From assembly GCA_042218075.1 (NCBI GenBank), contig JBDGRK010000022.1:12897-76896 (forward strand): 64,000 bases of DNA. The letters are read 5' to 3'. Below the pieces are notes generated by a model. The model was not told where the DNA came from. It did not search any database and worked only from the letters and a program-made list of their open reading frames with translations. The translations under genes were made by a program, and so were the position numbers. Below are positions 29,694 to 39,299 of this stretch, piece by piece; positions within the stretch are counted from its first letter, which is position 1; each line of letters begins with the position of its first letter. This DNA comes from Candidatus Nanohaloarchaea archaeon (GTDB lineage Archaea > Nanohalarchaeota > Nanosalinia > Nanosalinales > Nanosalinaceae).

Positions 29694-29999
29694 TTAGTGG
29701 TACTCGTAGACTTCATCTTCCAGTTCCTTAAGTAAACTATCTAAGGCATCGCCTTCTCCGAAAAACTCGAATTTTTTATCTCTGTAGAAAGCGTAGAAAG
29801 TTCCCTCTTCAGATCTATATCTATAGAAATCAACATCAGCTTCATTAAGATCCCTGAGTTTCACATCAATTTCTATCTCATTAGGTTCAATCTCATCTAT
29901 ATCGTAATTAACAATTAGGAGATTCATCAAGTCATCCAGTCCATCAGTTCCTATTTCGACTGAAACATGGTAATAGTCATCTCCAACTCTAATGCTCAT
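29694..29999 (-). CDS. Acidic hypothetical protein
   Basis: ATGA overlap with helicase stop. Confidence 0.6.
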   Translation of the reverse strand: MSIRVGDDYYHVSVEIGTDGLDDLMNLLIVNYDIDEIEPNEIEIDVKLRDLNEADVDFYRYRSEEGTFYAFYRDKKFEFFGEGDALDSLLKELEDEVYEYH

Positions 30000-31633
30000 T
30001 CTTCCACCGTAACTGGAACACCCTTCTCCTTAAGGTGCTCGACCTGTCTCTTCACGAAATCCTCCTCATTGGAGCCTTTGGTTGCGACGATGTAGACCTG
30101 CGCATCACCGAAAGGCCTCATCACCCTCCCGGCTCTCTGGGTCGCCTGCCTCCTGGATCCTCCCTGTCCCGAGGCGATTATGCCGACTTCAGCGTCGGGA
30201 AGGTCAAGTCCCTCATCTCCGATCCTGGAGACGATTATCGTGTCCTGCTCTCCCTGCCTGAACTTCTCGAAGTAATCCTCCCTTTCCTCGAAATCTGTCT
30301 CGCCAGATACGAAAGGAAGGTCGAACTCCTCCGAGAGCTGCTCCCCTTGATCCAGCCAGTCGCAGAAGATGATAGTCTTCTCTTCCTCGTGTTTCTCCAG
30401 TATCGACTCGATCTCAGGGATCTTCGCCGGATTTTTTGAGGCTATTATTGCCTTCTTGAAGCCCGATGCCTCGTTGTACTTGTTCCTGTAGAAGTCGCTC
30501 TCCCATTCAACCAGCTGGATCTCCACGTCCGGCTTCAGAACGTACTCCTGGTTGAAGAAGCGGGCCCAGTCTCCTCCTATCTCCTGGCCTATCAGCGCGA
30601 AAATCTCCTTCTCCTTGTTGTCCTCCCTCACAGGCGAGGCGGAAAGACCTACCCTTCTAGTCGACTGGAGGTTCGCAGTTTTTGAGAACAGCGAGCTCGG
30701 GATGTGGTGGACCTCGTCGTAGATTATCAGCCCCCACTCCCTCCTGAATAGCGAGGTCTTCTCTCCCGCCATGTGGTACGTCGCTATAGTCACATCCTTC
30801 ATGTTCTTCTCGTCGCCGTGGAACTCGCCGATCTGGTCCTCAGTTAGAGTTGTCTTGTCCAGTAGTTCGCGCCTCCACTGTCCCACTAGAGATCTCTGCG
30901 GCACAAGTATCAGGGTTGGAGAATCGATCCTCGCCATCAACCCGATCGCGGTTACTGTCTTTCCTGAACCTGCGGGGTTTGCAAGCACCGCGGCCTTCTT
31001 CTCATGCGCCCGATCCACGTATTCCTCCTGGTAGTCCCTCAGATCCACTTTGAGATCCGCTCCTATACTCCTGTCGACATCCCTGAACCTGGAGTTGTCC
31101 TCCACGGGATAGCCCTTTTTCAGCAGTACTTCCTTGATCTTGGCTCTGGACTTAGCTCCCATCGCGATCCTTGACTTGGTGTCTGAGAGATCCACTGCCA
31201 GGTTTTCTCTTACGTCTTCGATACCTCTCGCCCACTCCATCCTCTCCGGGTCAGAGGAGACCAGAGAGTGATAAGTTCCCTCATGTTCAATTGAGAAAAC
31301 TTCCTGCCTCTCGTAGGTCCTCTCGAGCCAGTTCAGGAAGTTCGGATAGTTGCCGAGTATTCGAGTATATATTTCCTTCATCTCCTCCAGGGAGAGGTCG
31401 GAGTTCCATACATCCATTTGTTTGACGCGGAACTTGTAGTGGTCGCCGGAAGAGGTGTCGAGGTGCGCTATCCCCGACATCTCGCTCAGCGTCTCCTCGT
31501 CCGGGTTCGTCAGAATTATCTCGCGCTGGGGTTCGAAGAATACAGCTCTCTCATCTTCAATTTCGTTCTCCAGCTCATTTATCCTTTCAATCAGTTCTTC
31601 CTTCGGCATCGATTCAAGATCTTCCTCGGGCAT
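29996..31633 (-). CDS. xpb: XPB/Rad25-family SF2 DNA helicase
   Basis: LRDYQ, PAGSGKT, DEVH, GLSASPVRED (RED motif), QRAGRVMRP. Confidence 0.9.
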   Translation of the reverse strand: MPEEDLESMPKEELIERINELENEIEDERAVFFEPQREIILTNPDEETLSEMSGIAHLDTSSGDHYKFRVKQMDVWNSDLSLEEMKEIYTRILGNYPNFLNWLERTYERQEVFSIEHEGTYHSLVSSDPERMEWARGIEDVRENLAVDLSDTKSRIAMGAKSRAKIKEVLLKKGYPVEDNSRFRDVDRSIGADLKVDLRDYQEEYVDRAHEKKAAVLANPAGSGKTVTAIGLMARIDSPTLILVPQRSLVGQWRRELLDKTTLTEDQIGEFHGDEKNMKDVTIATYHMAGEKTSLFRREWGLIIYDEVHHIPSSLFSKTANLQSTRRVGLSASPVREDNKEKEIFALIGQEIGGDWARFFNQEYVLKPDVEIQLVEWESDFYRNKYNEASGFKKAIIASKNPAKIPEIESILEKHEEEKTIIFCDWLDQGEQLSEEFDLPFVSGETDFEEREDYFEKFRQGEQDTIIVSRIGDEGLDLPDAEVGIIASGQGGSRRQATQRAGRVMRPFGDAQVYIVATKGSNEEDFVKRQVEHLKEKGVPVTVEE

Positions 31634-31719
31634 GCCACTCCTGTTGTAGGACAAATCTTAAATTGTTGGATTCAGAGAACTCTGGCATCCATCTGAGAAT
31701 AATCAGTTAAAAATCCCTT

Positions 31720-32057
31720 CTACTCATTCATTCCTTGGATGTAATCCTGAACTGCGTTCACAACTTGGTCATCTCTTCCAGTCTAGCACCAAGTTTCTTA
31801 TCGATTATATCGTTGTCAGAAAGACTGGCGAAGATATCGCTCAAATCCTCTCCCCTTGGCATGTTTTCCGCCGCAGGGATATTATTCCCAATATCGATCG
31901 AGGCCTCCACAGCTTCCTGCAGAGAATGTTTTACTGCCTGTCTACGCTCAAAAGAATCATTAAATTCCTCTTTTCCAGCATTATCTACCTTCGAAAGATA
32001 TGAAAGCTGTTCGTTGATTATATCAATCTTTCTTTCCACAACATCACGATCTATCAT
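31720..32057 (-). pseudogene. HepT/DUF86 HEPN RNase toxin with internal deletion
   Basis: LQEAVEASIDIG..., ARLEEMTK then stop; RNxLVHxY motif absent; C-terminal VNAVQDYI in a shifted frame. Confidence 0.8.
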
Positions 32058-32448
32058 GCCCTAACCGACCTCCTCAGTCGATTATAATCATCAAAGAAAT
32101 GTTTGTAATCATCATACCGGCGGTAAACATTAGTTTCAAAATTCACCCTTTCTCTCTCATCATCGACGTAAACAGGCTCTCCATTGCTTATCACCTGGTG
32201 CTGGAAGACGACATCAGAATCATTCAGCACCGATAGATCAACTTCCTTGTCAATCAGTTTCTCAAGCTCTATAAAAATACGGCTGAGCTGGCGGGGCTTC
32301 AGGCTTTCCTCAACAAAAATAGCAATATCAAGATCGCTACCCTCGTGACCGGTTCCCTTCAGGAGAGAACATGGGCGTAAGCCAACAGTACTTCATCGTA
32401 TTCACTCATGATGCGGGAAATATTTTCTCTCAGGTTTTCCAGATTCAT
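32054..32448 (-). pseudogene. MntA/MNT nucleotidyltransferase antitoxin, frameshifted near 32370
   Basis: Restoring one G gives AYAHGSLLKGTGHEGSDLDIAIF...VDLSVLN...VISNGEPVY. Confidence 0.82.
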
Positions 32449-32596
32449 ACTATAGCTTAGCTCCAGAAATATAAAAGAATGAAACCAATCTCTCCGGTAA
32501 GTCATTACTGCTATAGCAGAAATCCTAAATTGTTGAGTCAAGAGAATCTCCGGAGGTTCCGTTACTGATTTATATTCTGGAGTTCAATTCTACTTC

Positions 32597-32857
32597 ATGG
32601 CTGAAACTGTTGGAAAAGAGACCGAAGTTACTGATGAAGGCGAAATGAGCGGCCCCAGGATAGAGGGTAAAAGGGTTAGAGTTAGCGACATTGCGGTCCG
32701 CTACAGGAGAGGTGAGAGCCCGGAAGAGATAGCGGAGAGATTTCCCGGTCTTGAGCTTTCCGAGGTGCATTCAGCGCTCTCCTACTATCACAGTCACAGG
32801 GAAGAGGTGGAGAAGGAGATTGATAGAAGGGAGCATAAATTTGAGAAATACAGTTAA
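32597..32857 (+). CDS. DUF433 antitoxin
   Basis: GPRIEGKRVRVSDI, GESPEEIA..FP.L, V.SALSYY..H.EE. Confidence 0.9.
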   Translation: MAETVGKETEVTDEGEMSGPRIEGKRVRVSDIAVRYRRGESPEEIAERFPGLELSEVHSALSYYHSHREEVEKEIDRREHKFEKYS

Positions 32858-32866
32858 GTGGTGGTT

Positions 32867-33184
32867 ATGGATTTTCTGCTTGATCACCACATCGACCCTG
32901 CTGTCGCTGAAGGCTTGAAATCCAGGGGTCAAAGGGCAAAGACTCTCTGGGATGAAGATCTACACGAGAATGGTGACGTGGATTTAGTGGATTACGCGAA
33001 TGAGAGAAATATGATTCTCGTAACCAACGATGACGATTTTCTTACAATAATAGACTCAGGCAGAAAGCATTCAGGTATAGTATTCATAACAGAGCAGCAG
33101 ATGCCTGTCGGAGAAATGATAAGAGGAATAATATCGGAGACAAGAAAGTGGGAAAAACCTGACGGCAGCATAGCCTTCGTCTGA
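32867..33184 (+). CDS. DUF5615 PIN-like toxin
   Basis: FLLDHHI, D.DL, ILVTNDDDF, HSGIV. Confidence 0.87.
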   Translation: MDFLLDHHIDPAVAEGLKSRGQRAKTLWDEDLHENGDVDLVDYANERNMILVTNDDDFLTIIDSGRKHSGIVFITEQQMPVGEMIRGIISETRKWEKPDGSIAFV

Positions 33185-33196
33185 CTGGCTGCGGAA

Positions 33197-33460
33197 CTAC
33201 CTGCTTTCTAATTTTTCGATTATTTTCTCTCCCTTTCCAGTTCTCCTGTAAAGTCTTCCATGCTTGTCGTCAGGGTTCAGGAGCTCGACCATGTTTTTCT
33301 CCCTGAGTTCGTTCAGGGCTCGGCTGACGTGAGACTGGTGCATGCCAGTGATCTTCGCGATTTCGCTGGGCATCAACTCTTCCTCGAGAGATCCAAGGGC
33401 TTTCCTCCTCTGTTCCGATCTCTTCACAAAAGAAACGTCGCTCCATTCTATATCTTCCAT
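33197..33460 (-). CDS. Winged helix-turn-helix regulator (ArsR/MarR-like)
   Basis: PSEIA......SHVSRAL.EL, GRLY..T.KG. Confidence 0.85.
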   Translation of the reverse strand: MEDIEWSDVSFVKRSEQRRKALGSLEEELMPSEIAKITGMHQSHVSRALNELREKNMVELLNPDDKHGRLYRRTGKGEKIIEKLESR

Positions 33461-33569
33461 GCCGGGAAATTAGTTACCTGTCTTGACTTGGAATTCTACC
33501 AGAAAGCTACCATTTTCATACCAGAATCCTCGAATCCAGATTCATTAAGATTCAGGAGAAGTTGACGAT

Positions 33570-34166
33570 ATGAAGTCAAAACTTGTGAAGCTGCTTTCAG
33601 GGCTTGAAGATTTCCAGGATCCGAAGGCTTCGCTGGAGCAGTACATGACCCCGCCGGAGTTAGCTGCAGATATTCTCCACTCTGCGGAAATGCAGGAAGA
33701 TGTTGGCGCAGGCAAGAAAGTAGTGGATCTCGGATCGGGAACAGGTATATTTGCCATAGGAGCTGCTCTTCTCGGATCGGAAGTTGTCGCGGTGGAAAAA
33801 GACGAGGAAGCTCTGGAAACCGCGGAGAAAAATGCAGGAAAGCTGGAAGTCAGGGATAGAATTGAGTTCAGACATGAGGAAGTTGCTGAACTGAAGGGCG
33901 ATTTCGACACCTGCCTGATGAATCCTCCTTTTTCTGTGCATTCTGAAGAAGAAATAAAGTTCTTTGAGAAGGCTCTCGAGGTTTCTAGCGTCATTTATTC
34001 GATTGTGTACGAGGAAAGATTGAGTGAGGTTAGAGACCGGGTAGAGCGATCAGATTTCTCGATAGTGGAGCAACAATCTTACAGTATCGAACTACCTCCT
34101 ACACACGGTTTCCATACCGAGGAAGCTCATGAAGCTGAACTGTGTGTTATAGTTGCCAGAAAGTAA
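33570..34166 (+). CDS. METTL5-family N6-adenine methyltransferase
   Basis: LEQY.TP..LA, VDLGSGTG, NPPF, FH near C-terminus. Confidence 0.9.
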   Translation: MKSKLVKLLSGLEDFQDPKASLEQYMTPPELAADILHSAEMQEDVGAGKKVVDLGSGTGIFAIGAALLGSEVVAVEKDEEALETAEKNAGKLEVRDRIEFRHEEVAELKGDFDTCLMNPPFSVHSEEEIKFFEKALEVSSVIYSIVYEERLSEVRDRVERSDFSIVEQQSYSIELPPTHGFHTEEAHEAELCVIVARK

Positions 34167-34221
34167 AGGAGGAAAGTGAAACAAAAAAGTTTCCCAACAA
34201 TCTACAGTTAAAGTGTAATTT

Positions 34222-34464
34222 ATGGAGCTTGAAGCTGTTGAAAAGGATGGAAGAATGATCATAGATGTCAGGCAAAACCATACTATCGCCAACCTCGTGA
34301 GAAAGGCGGTATGGGAGAACGGTGGAGAAGCAGCCTACGACAAAGGTCACCCTCTGGGCGGAGAGTCAAGCCTGATCGTAGAGTCGGAAGAACCGAAAGA
34401 AGTTCTCAAGGATGCGGTGGAAACCGCGAGAGAGTGGATGGAAGAAGTAGAGGCGCAACTTTGA
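34222..34464 (+). CDS. rpo11: RNA polymerase subunit L (Rpo11)
   Basis: HTIANL, AAY...HPL; conserved context with DUF99 and TFS. Confidence 0.88.
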   Translation: MELEAVEKDGRMIIDVRQNHTIANLVRKAVWENGGEAAYDKGHPLGGESSLIVESEEPKEVLKDAVETAREWMEEVEAQL

Positions 34465-34503
34465 TGTATACATATGAAATACCCTGAATTCTAATATCCG
34501 GAT

Positions 34504-35070
34504 ATGAAGGAAGGCGCAAGAATACTCGGGATTGACGATTCTCCTTTCGATCATTCCGACGAGAGAAGCTTTCTTACCGGGGTGGTCTACAGGGGAACAG
34601 AGTTAGTGGAGGATATCAAAAAGGTGGATATAAGGGTGGATGGAGAGAACGCTACAGGGAAAATCATGGGTCTACACGACAGCTGCAATAATCCGGGGCA
34701 GATTACTGCTATATTGCTTGACGGCGTGAGTTTCGCTGGTTTCAACGTTGTCGACCTTGATAGAACTGCTGAAGAAGCAGGTAAGCCTGTTATCTCAGTT
34801 ACTCCCAACGAACCTGACAGGAAACGTTTCAGGCAGGCGATGGAAAATTCTGGTAACACGGACGAGAACTTTGGTAAGCTGCCTGAGTATTCGGAGCTGG
34901 AAATGAAGGATGGCACTGTATATGTCCAGTATTCAGGCTGCAGCTTTCCAGAAGCAGAGGATATAATCAGATCATCCACTATCTACGGACTTGTCCCGGA
35001 ACCGATCAGGGTAGCGGACATGATAGGCTCCGCATTCCGAGAGTTTGAAACAGTTAAAAAAGAAGAGTGA
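34504..35070 (+). CDS. DUF99 / endonuclease V-like protein
   Basis: ILGIDDSPF, VDG.NAT, LDGVSFAGFNVVD, PEPIRVA. Confidence 0.9.
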   Translation: MKEGARILGIDDSPFDHSDERSFLTGVVYRGTELVEDIKKVDIRVDGENATGKIMGLHDSCNNPGQITAILLDGVSFAGFNVVDLDRTAEEAGKPVISVTPNEPDRKRFRQAMENSGNTDENFGKLPEYSELEMKDGTVYVQYSGCSFPEAEDIIRSSTIYGLVPEPIRVADMIGSAFREFETVKKEE

Positions 35071-35082
35071 GGTAACCTGCGT

Positions 35083-35613
35083 ATGGATTTGGAGAAAAGA
35101 TGGAGAGAATTGAGAGATTCAAGGTCTTTCGAGGAATTCTACTTTTTCTCCATAGCGCTGATACTGGCCTTCGGAGTCCTGAGTACGACCGGAGAACTCA
35201 TGAAAACTGAGAGACCGGTAGTTACAGTCACCTCCTGTTCGATGTACCCGGAATACGGGATAGGCGATATCATACTGGTAAAGGGGGAAAAATTCGAAAA
35301 CTATAATGTAGGCGACGTTGTAGTATACGATGCGAATTCTGATTCGGTAAACATCCCGATCATTCACAGGGTTGTGAAGAAAAACAGCAGCGCACTGGAG
35401 ACCAAAGGCGACAACACTAGAGGCCAACACGAGTTCGAGAAACGAGTGACCAGAGAACAGATATTCGGCGAAGCAGTTTTCTCCCTTCCCAAAGTCGGAG
35501 CCGTGAAATTACTGGCTATGGATCTAGTCGGATTCGGCGGACAGAATATCGGAGGAGGGCCAAACTTTCCCGTAGGTATGGAGAACACTTATTTCTGCAG
35601 CAGGGTGAGATGA
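35083..35613 (+). CDS. Signal peptidase I (Sec11-type)
   Basis: S.SMYP....GD, IIHRVV, TKGDN. Confidence 0.9.
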   Translation: MDLEKRWRELRDSRSFEEFYFFSIALILAFGVLSTTGELMKTERPVVTVTSCSMYPEYGIGDIILVKGEKFENYNVGDVVVYDANSDSVNIPIIHRVVKKNSSALETKGDNTRGQHEFEKRVTREQIFGEAVFSLPKVGAVKLLAMDLVGFGGQNIGGGPNFPVGMENTYFCSRVR

Positions 35614-35656
35614 GGGTTACACTATATAAAAGTTCTTCAACTTATACGAACGCTAT

Positions 35657-36007
35657 ATGGAGTTCTGTGATGACTGCGGCGGGATGCTGGTTTCCGAGAA
35701 ACAGGATGGAGAATCAAAAATGAAGTGCAGAAGCTGCGGGGAGTACGAGGAAGAAGTTGATGCCGAAGAAATGAAGGTAACAGAGGAAAAGGAGGAGGAT
35801 CCCATGGACCGACTTAACGTATCTTCCGAGGAGGACCAGGAAACTACCCGCCCTACCACAATGAAGGAGTGCCCCTCATGTTCTGAGGAGAAGGAGGACG
35901 AGAAAGAACACGAATGGTGGATGGAGCAGACAAGATCCAGCGACGAGCCACCGACAAGGTTCTACGAGTGCACCGAGTGCGGTAACGTTCACAAGGAATA
36001 CGACTGA
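35657..36007 (+). CDS. tfs: Transcription factor S (TFS)
   Basis: MEFCDDCG, CPSC, QTRSSDEP.TRFY.C..CG. Confidence 0.93.
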   Translation: MEFCDDCGGMLVSEKQDGESKMKCRSCGEYEEEVDAEEMKVTEEKEEDPMDRLNVSSEEDQETTRPTTMKECPSCSEEKEDEKEHEWWMEQTRSSDEPPTRFYECTECGNVHKEYD

Positions 36008-36070
36008 TAAAATTTAAAGGATAATATAAAGTTAAAAACTTCTTTAAATCTCTATCTTTAGTTTTTTAAC

Positions 36071-36406
36071 ATGGATAGAATAGATTTAGTGATAGATGAA
36101 GATGTAAAGAAATCAATAAAGGTTAAACTGAATTCAAGAGGTATAAAGACTGAAAGATTGAAAAAGAGCCTGACCGACCGGAAGGTGATTTTAGAAGCAC
36201 GAGAAAGAGATGCACCGATATTAACCCGGAATCAGGAGGATTTTATTCATCTCAATGAAGAAATAAGTCACAGCGGAATACTTATTGACAAATTCATGAA
36301 TAAGAGAGGTTCAAAGAAAGTAGCGGAAACCGTACAGCAAGTTTTAGAAGAAAACAAGGAGAAAATAGAAGATAGGGTCTGGTTTGTCTCAAACTTTTAT
36401 CCTTGA
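36071..36406 (+). CDS. DUF5615 PIN-like protein
   Basis: VIDEDV, TD..V...A, ILTRN.EDF, HSGIL. Confidence 0.75.
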   Translation: MDRIDLVIDEDVKKSIKVKLNSRGIKTERLKKSLTDRKVILEARERDAPILTRNQEDFIHLNEEISHSGILIDKFMNKRGSKKVAETVQQVLEENKEKIEDRVWFVSNFYP

Positions 36407-36622
36407 GCCCGGCCTTGAAAACTGGCTCGCCTCACAAGAATAGTTTAGAGCAGCCTCCACATCACAAGTAGAAATCGAAGGTAGCTGGTTTACAATCTGT
36501 TCTTTTTTCATTCCCTCATCATAAAGTTCGAAGATAGCCTCCACAGATACTCTAGTGTCTTTTACTCTTGGCTTACCTCCTATCACTCCCTCAGTCCTTA
36601 CAATTTTAGATTCTTCTACCAT
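36389..36622 (-). CDS. DUF433 antitoxin
   Basis: GGKPRVKDTRVSVEAI, DVEAALNY. Confidence 0.85.
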   Translation of the reverse strand: MVEESKIVRTEGVIGGKPRVKDTRVSVEAIFELYDEGMKKEQIVNQLPSISTCDVEAALNYSCEASQFSRPGSRIKV

Positions 36623-36682
36623 AGATTTCTATTTAGAATAAATTTATTTAAAAATATCTGAAATCTATCCCAGAATTTAACA

Positions 36683-37255
36683 TTATTCTATCTCAATTTT
36701 CTCTTCTTCCCCGATCTCATCGGCTATAGCGTAAATAGAAGCCTCAAGTCTTGAAAGTCGATCCTTTAAGACTTCTTTTTCATCTTCAAACGTCCTTTTG
36801 TCCAGCTTCTTCTCGAAGTCGTACTCACTGTTGTTGCTGTGAACCATGAACCTGTTCTCCAGCTCATCGATTCTATCGGCCAACTTCTCTTCCACCGTTG
36901 AAATCCCATCCTCATTTTCCTCAATCTCTCTATCAAGCCTCTTCATAGTCTCAACTAAAGTCTCAGACTGCTCCTTAATCGTCTTATCAGTTTCCTCAAG
37001 CCTTTCCTCCAGAGACTCGATCCTCAGCGAAAGCTGTTTCCTCGTATCCTCCGACTCCACCTGTTGCTCGATTATTTTCTTGAGGCGATCAACCTCGTCC
37101 GCCTGGAATTCGAGCTCTTCCCTCATTATCCTGTCGTACTCGTCAAGGAAATCCTGTAGGGCAGAATCTACAGCATCAAGATGAGATTCCAGCTGGTCGA
37201 TCCTGGCTTCCAGGCCCTCGATCTGCTGAGCAGACTTCTTACCCAGTATATCCAT
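36683..37255 (-). CDS. Coiled-coil hypothetical protein
   Basis: Heptad-rich acidic ORF. Confidence 0.7.
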   Translation of the reverse strand: MDILGKKSAQQIEGLEARIDQLESHLDAVDSALQDFLDEYDRIMREELEFQADEVDRLKKIIEQQVESEDTRKQLSLRIESLEERLEETDKTIKEQSETLVETMKRLDREIEENEDGISTVEEKLADRIDELENRFMVHSNNSEYDFEKKLDKRTFEDEKEVLKDRLSRLEASIYAIADEIGEEEKIEIE

Positions 37256-37333
37256 GTTTAGAAACTGTACAGAGATACATTTCAAACCCGAGGGCCGGAT
37301 AGAGTTAAAACATTTAATTACCTGAATCGGATT

Positions 37334-37666
37334 ATGCCAGAGCAGAGACAGAGGAGAGCGCCAGCGGAACCCAAGGATATAGAGCAGATAGACCCACAGA
37401 GGGATATAAGAGTAAGGATAGTGGGAACCGTTATCTCGAAAGGAGAGGAGTCGGTAACCCTGGACGACGGCACGGGATCGACTGAGGTATTCATGCAGGA
37501 GGAAGAGCTGGAAGAAGTCGAAGAGGGGGAGAGAATAAGAGTTCTCGGCAGGATTCTGCCCACTCCTGACAGTTTCGAGGTCCAGGCCGAGATAGTACAG
37601 GACCTGGCCTCTGTAGATATGGAAACCTACGACACAGTTAAAAAAATTGTTAACACCTCAGAATAA
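37334..37666 (+). CDS. Single OB-fold protein (RPA small subunit-like)
   Basis: RRAPA, VRIVGTV, LDDGTG, IRVLGR, AEIVQD; upstream of PCNA. Confidence 0.8.
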   Translation: MPEQRQRRAPAEPKDIEQIDPQRDIRVRIVGTVISKGEESVTLDDGTGSTEVFMQEEELEEVEEGERIRVLGRILPTPDSFEVQAEIVQDLASVDMETYDTVKKIVNTSE

Positions 37667-37671
37667 TAACG

Positions 37672-38433
37672 GTGAGCAAAGTGTTCGAAGCTGAACTGGA
37701 GGAAGTAGGACTTGTCAAGGATTCGATGAAAACCATATCCGACCTAATTTCAGAGGGTCTCTTCCAGCTGAAAGAGGACGGGATACATTTGATCGCGGCG
37801 GATCCCGCGATGGTGGCGCTTGTTGACTTCAAGATTGAAGAGGATGTTTTCGAGGAATACGAACTGGACGGGGAATCGAAGGTAGGTCTCAACCTTGAGA
37901 ACCTGTATTCGATACTCAGGAGAGCTAACTCGTCTGACACACTCACTTTTGAGGTAGATGAAGACGAATCAAAATTCAACATAAGAATGGAGAATTCATC
38001 CACAAGAAACTTTTCACTCCCGATACTCAACCTCTCAGAGGACGATATACCGTCCACAGACCAGCTCGACTTTACCGTAACCGCCGACATGGAGACATCG
38101 GTTCTTGAATCCGCGATAAAGGATGCGATGGTAGTCGGAGACTCAGTCACCATCTCCTCGGATGGATCAGAGATCAGGATCGAATCAGAGGGAGACCAGA
38201 GCAACGTTGACTTCACAATACAGAAGGGAGCTGATGGGCTGATGGAGATTGATGGAGATGAAGCAAGCTCAATGTTCTCCCTGGACTACCTCAACTCGAT
38301 TACAGGAGCAAAGAAGCTCAGCGACACGGTCGAGATGAGGCTGGGACAGGACTTCCCGATGAGACTCAACTTTGAAGTCCCGGATAAAGCGAGGCTGAGC
38401 TTCGTTCTAGCGCCCAGGATTGAGGAGGAGTAA
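37672..38433 (+). CDS. pcn: DNA sliding clamp PCNA
   Basis: LI.EG.F, A.DPAMVALV, FSLDYL, DFPM, LAPRIE. Confidence 0.96.
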   Translation: MSKVFEAELEEVGLVKDSMKTISDLISEGLFQLKEDGIHLIAADPAMVALVDFKIEEDVFEEYELDGESKVGLNLENLYSILRRANSSDTLTFEVDEDESKFNIRMENSSTRNFSLPILNLSEDDIPSTDQLDFTVTADMETSVLESAIKDAMVVGDSVTISSDGSEIRIESEGDQSNVDFTIQKGADGLMEIDGDEASSMFSLDYLNSITGAKKLSDTVEMRLGQDFPMRLNFEVPDKARLSFVLAPRIEEE

Positions 38434-38434
38434 T

Positions 38435-38860
38435 GTGTTCGATGAATTAATTGGCCTTTTTGAGAACTATGAATTCCAGAGCCGGACCGAATTTAATCAC
38501 GTGAGATCTAAATTAGGAGACCCAGAGAAATACGGTCCCGCTATAAAAGCCCTGATTTATGCAGAGGAAAATGTAATGAATACGGTAGAGTTGAGAAATG
38601 TTCTGGAGGAAAATGGAGAAAGACCTTTCGGATACGATACAGGAATAATGCAAGAAATTTACGGATATCTTGAAAGAATTGGTTTAATAGAAGAAATCAA
38701 TCCAGAAAATTCAAGCAATCAAGTTGGCTGGAAGACGGAATATCCTCTAGAAGGGGACTGGCAAACTTTCAAAGAATTTCTTGATGAAGATGGGATAGAA
38801 CACCTGAGTGCTCCTGTAGAATTTGGATCCAGTGCTGGTCGCGGAAGACGAGGTTACTGA
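38435..38860 (+). CDS. Hypothetical protein (possible winged helix)
   Basis: GTG start after GAGGAGG; YLERIGLIEE; AT-richer than neighbours. Confidence 0.55.
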   Translation: MFDELIGLFENYEFQSRTEFNHVRSKLGDPEKYGPAIKALIYAEENVMNTVELRNVLEENGERPFGYDTGIMQEIYGYLERIGLIEEINPENSSNQVGWKTEYPLEGDWQTFKEFLDEDGIEHLSAPVEFGSSAGRGRRGY

Positions 38861-38889
38861 TATAACTTCAGAACCTGAATACTCAATTA

Positions 38890-39261
38890 ATGAGCAAGAA
38901 AGATTATCCTGAACTTTCCGAAGAAGAATACCGAGTTCTGAGGGAGAGAGGTACGGAGCCGAGGGGAAGCGGAGAGTACCTGGATAAGGATGAAGATGGC
39001 TTCTACTGCTGCAAGGCTTGTGAACAAAGAATTTTTGACTCGGAAACCAAGTTCGATTCCGGGTCAGGCTGGCCTTCCTTCTACGATGCTATCGAGGGAT
39101 CGGTTGAGTTCCGGGAGGATGATCGACACGGGATGGACCGCACGGAGGTAATCTGTTCTCAATGCGGGTCTCATTTGGGCCATGTATTCAATGACGGACC
39201 TGAACCTACAGGGAAACGGTTCTGTATCAATTCAGTGGCTCTGGACTTCGAGGAAGACTGA
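38890..39261 (+). CDS. msrB: Methionine-R-sulfoxide reductase MsrB
   Basis: [36 protein letters not shown]. Confidence 0.96.
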   Translation: MSKKDYPELSEEEYRVLRERGTEPRGSGEYLDKDEDGFYCCKACEQRIFDSETKFDSGSGWPSFYDAIEGSVEFREDDRHGMDRTEVICSQCGSHLGHVFNDGPEPTGKRFCINSVALDFEED

Positions 39262-39299
39262 AGATTATTCTTTTACAGTTTCTCACAATACTTGGATAC

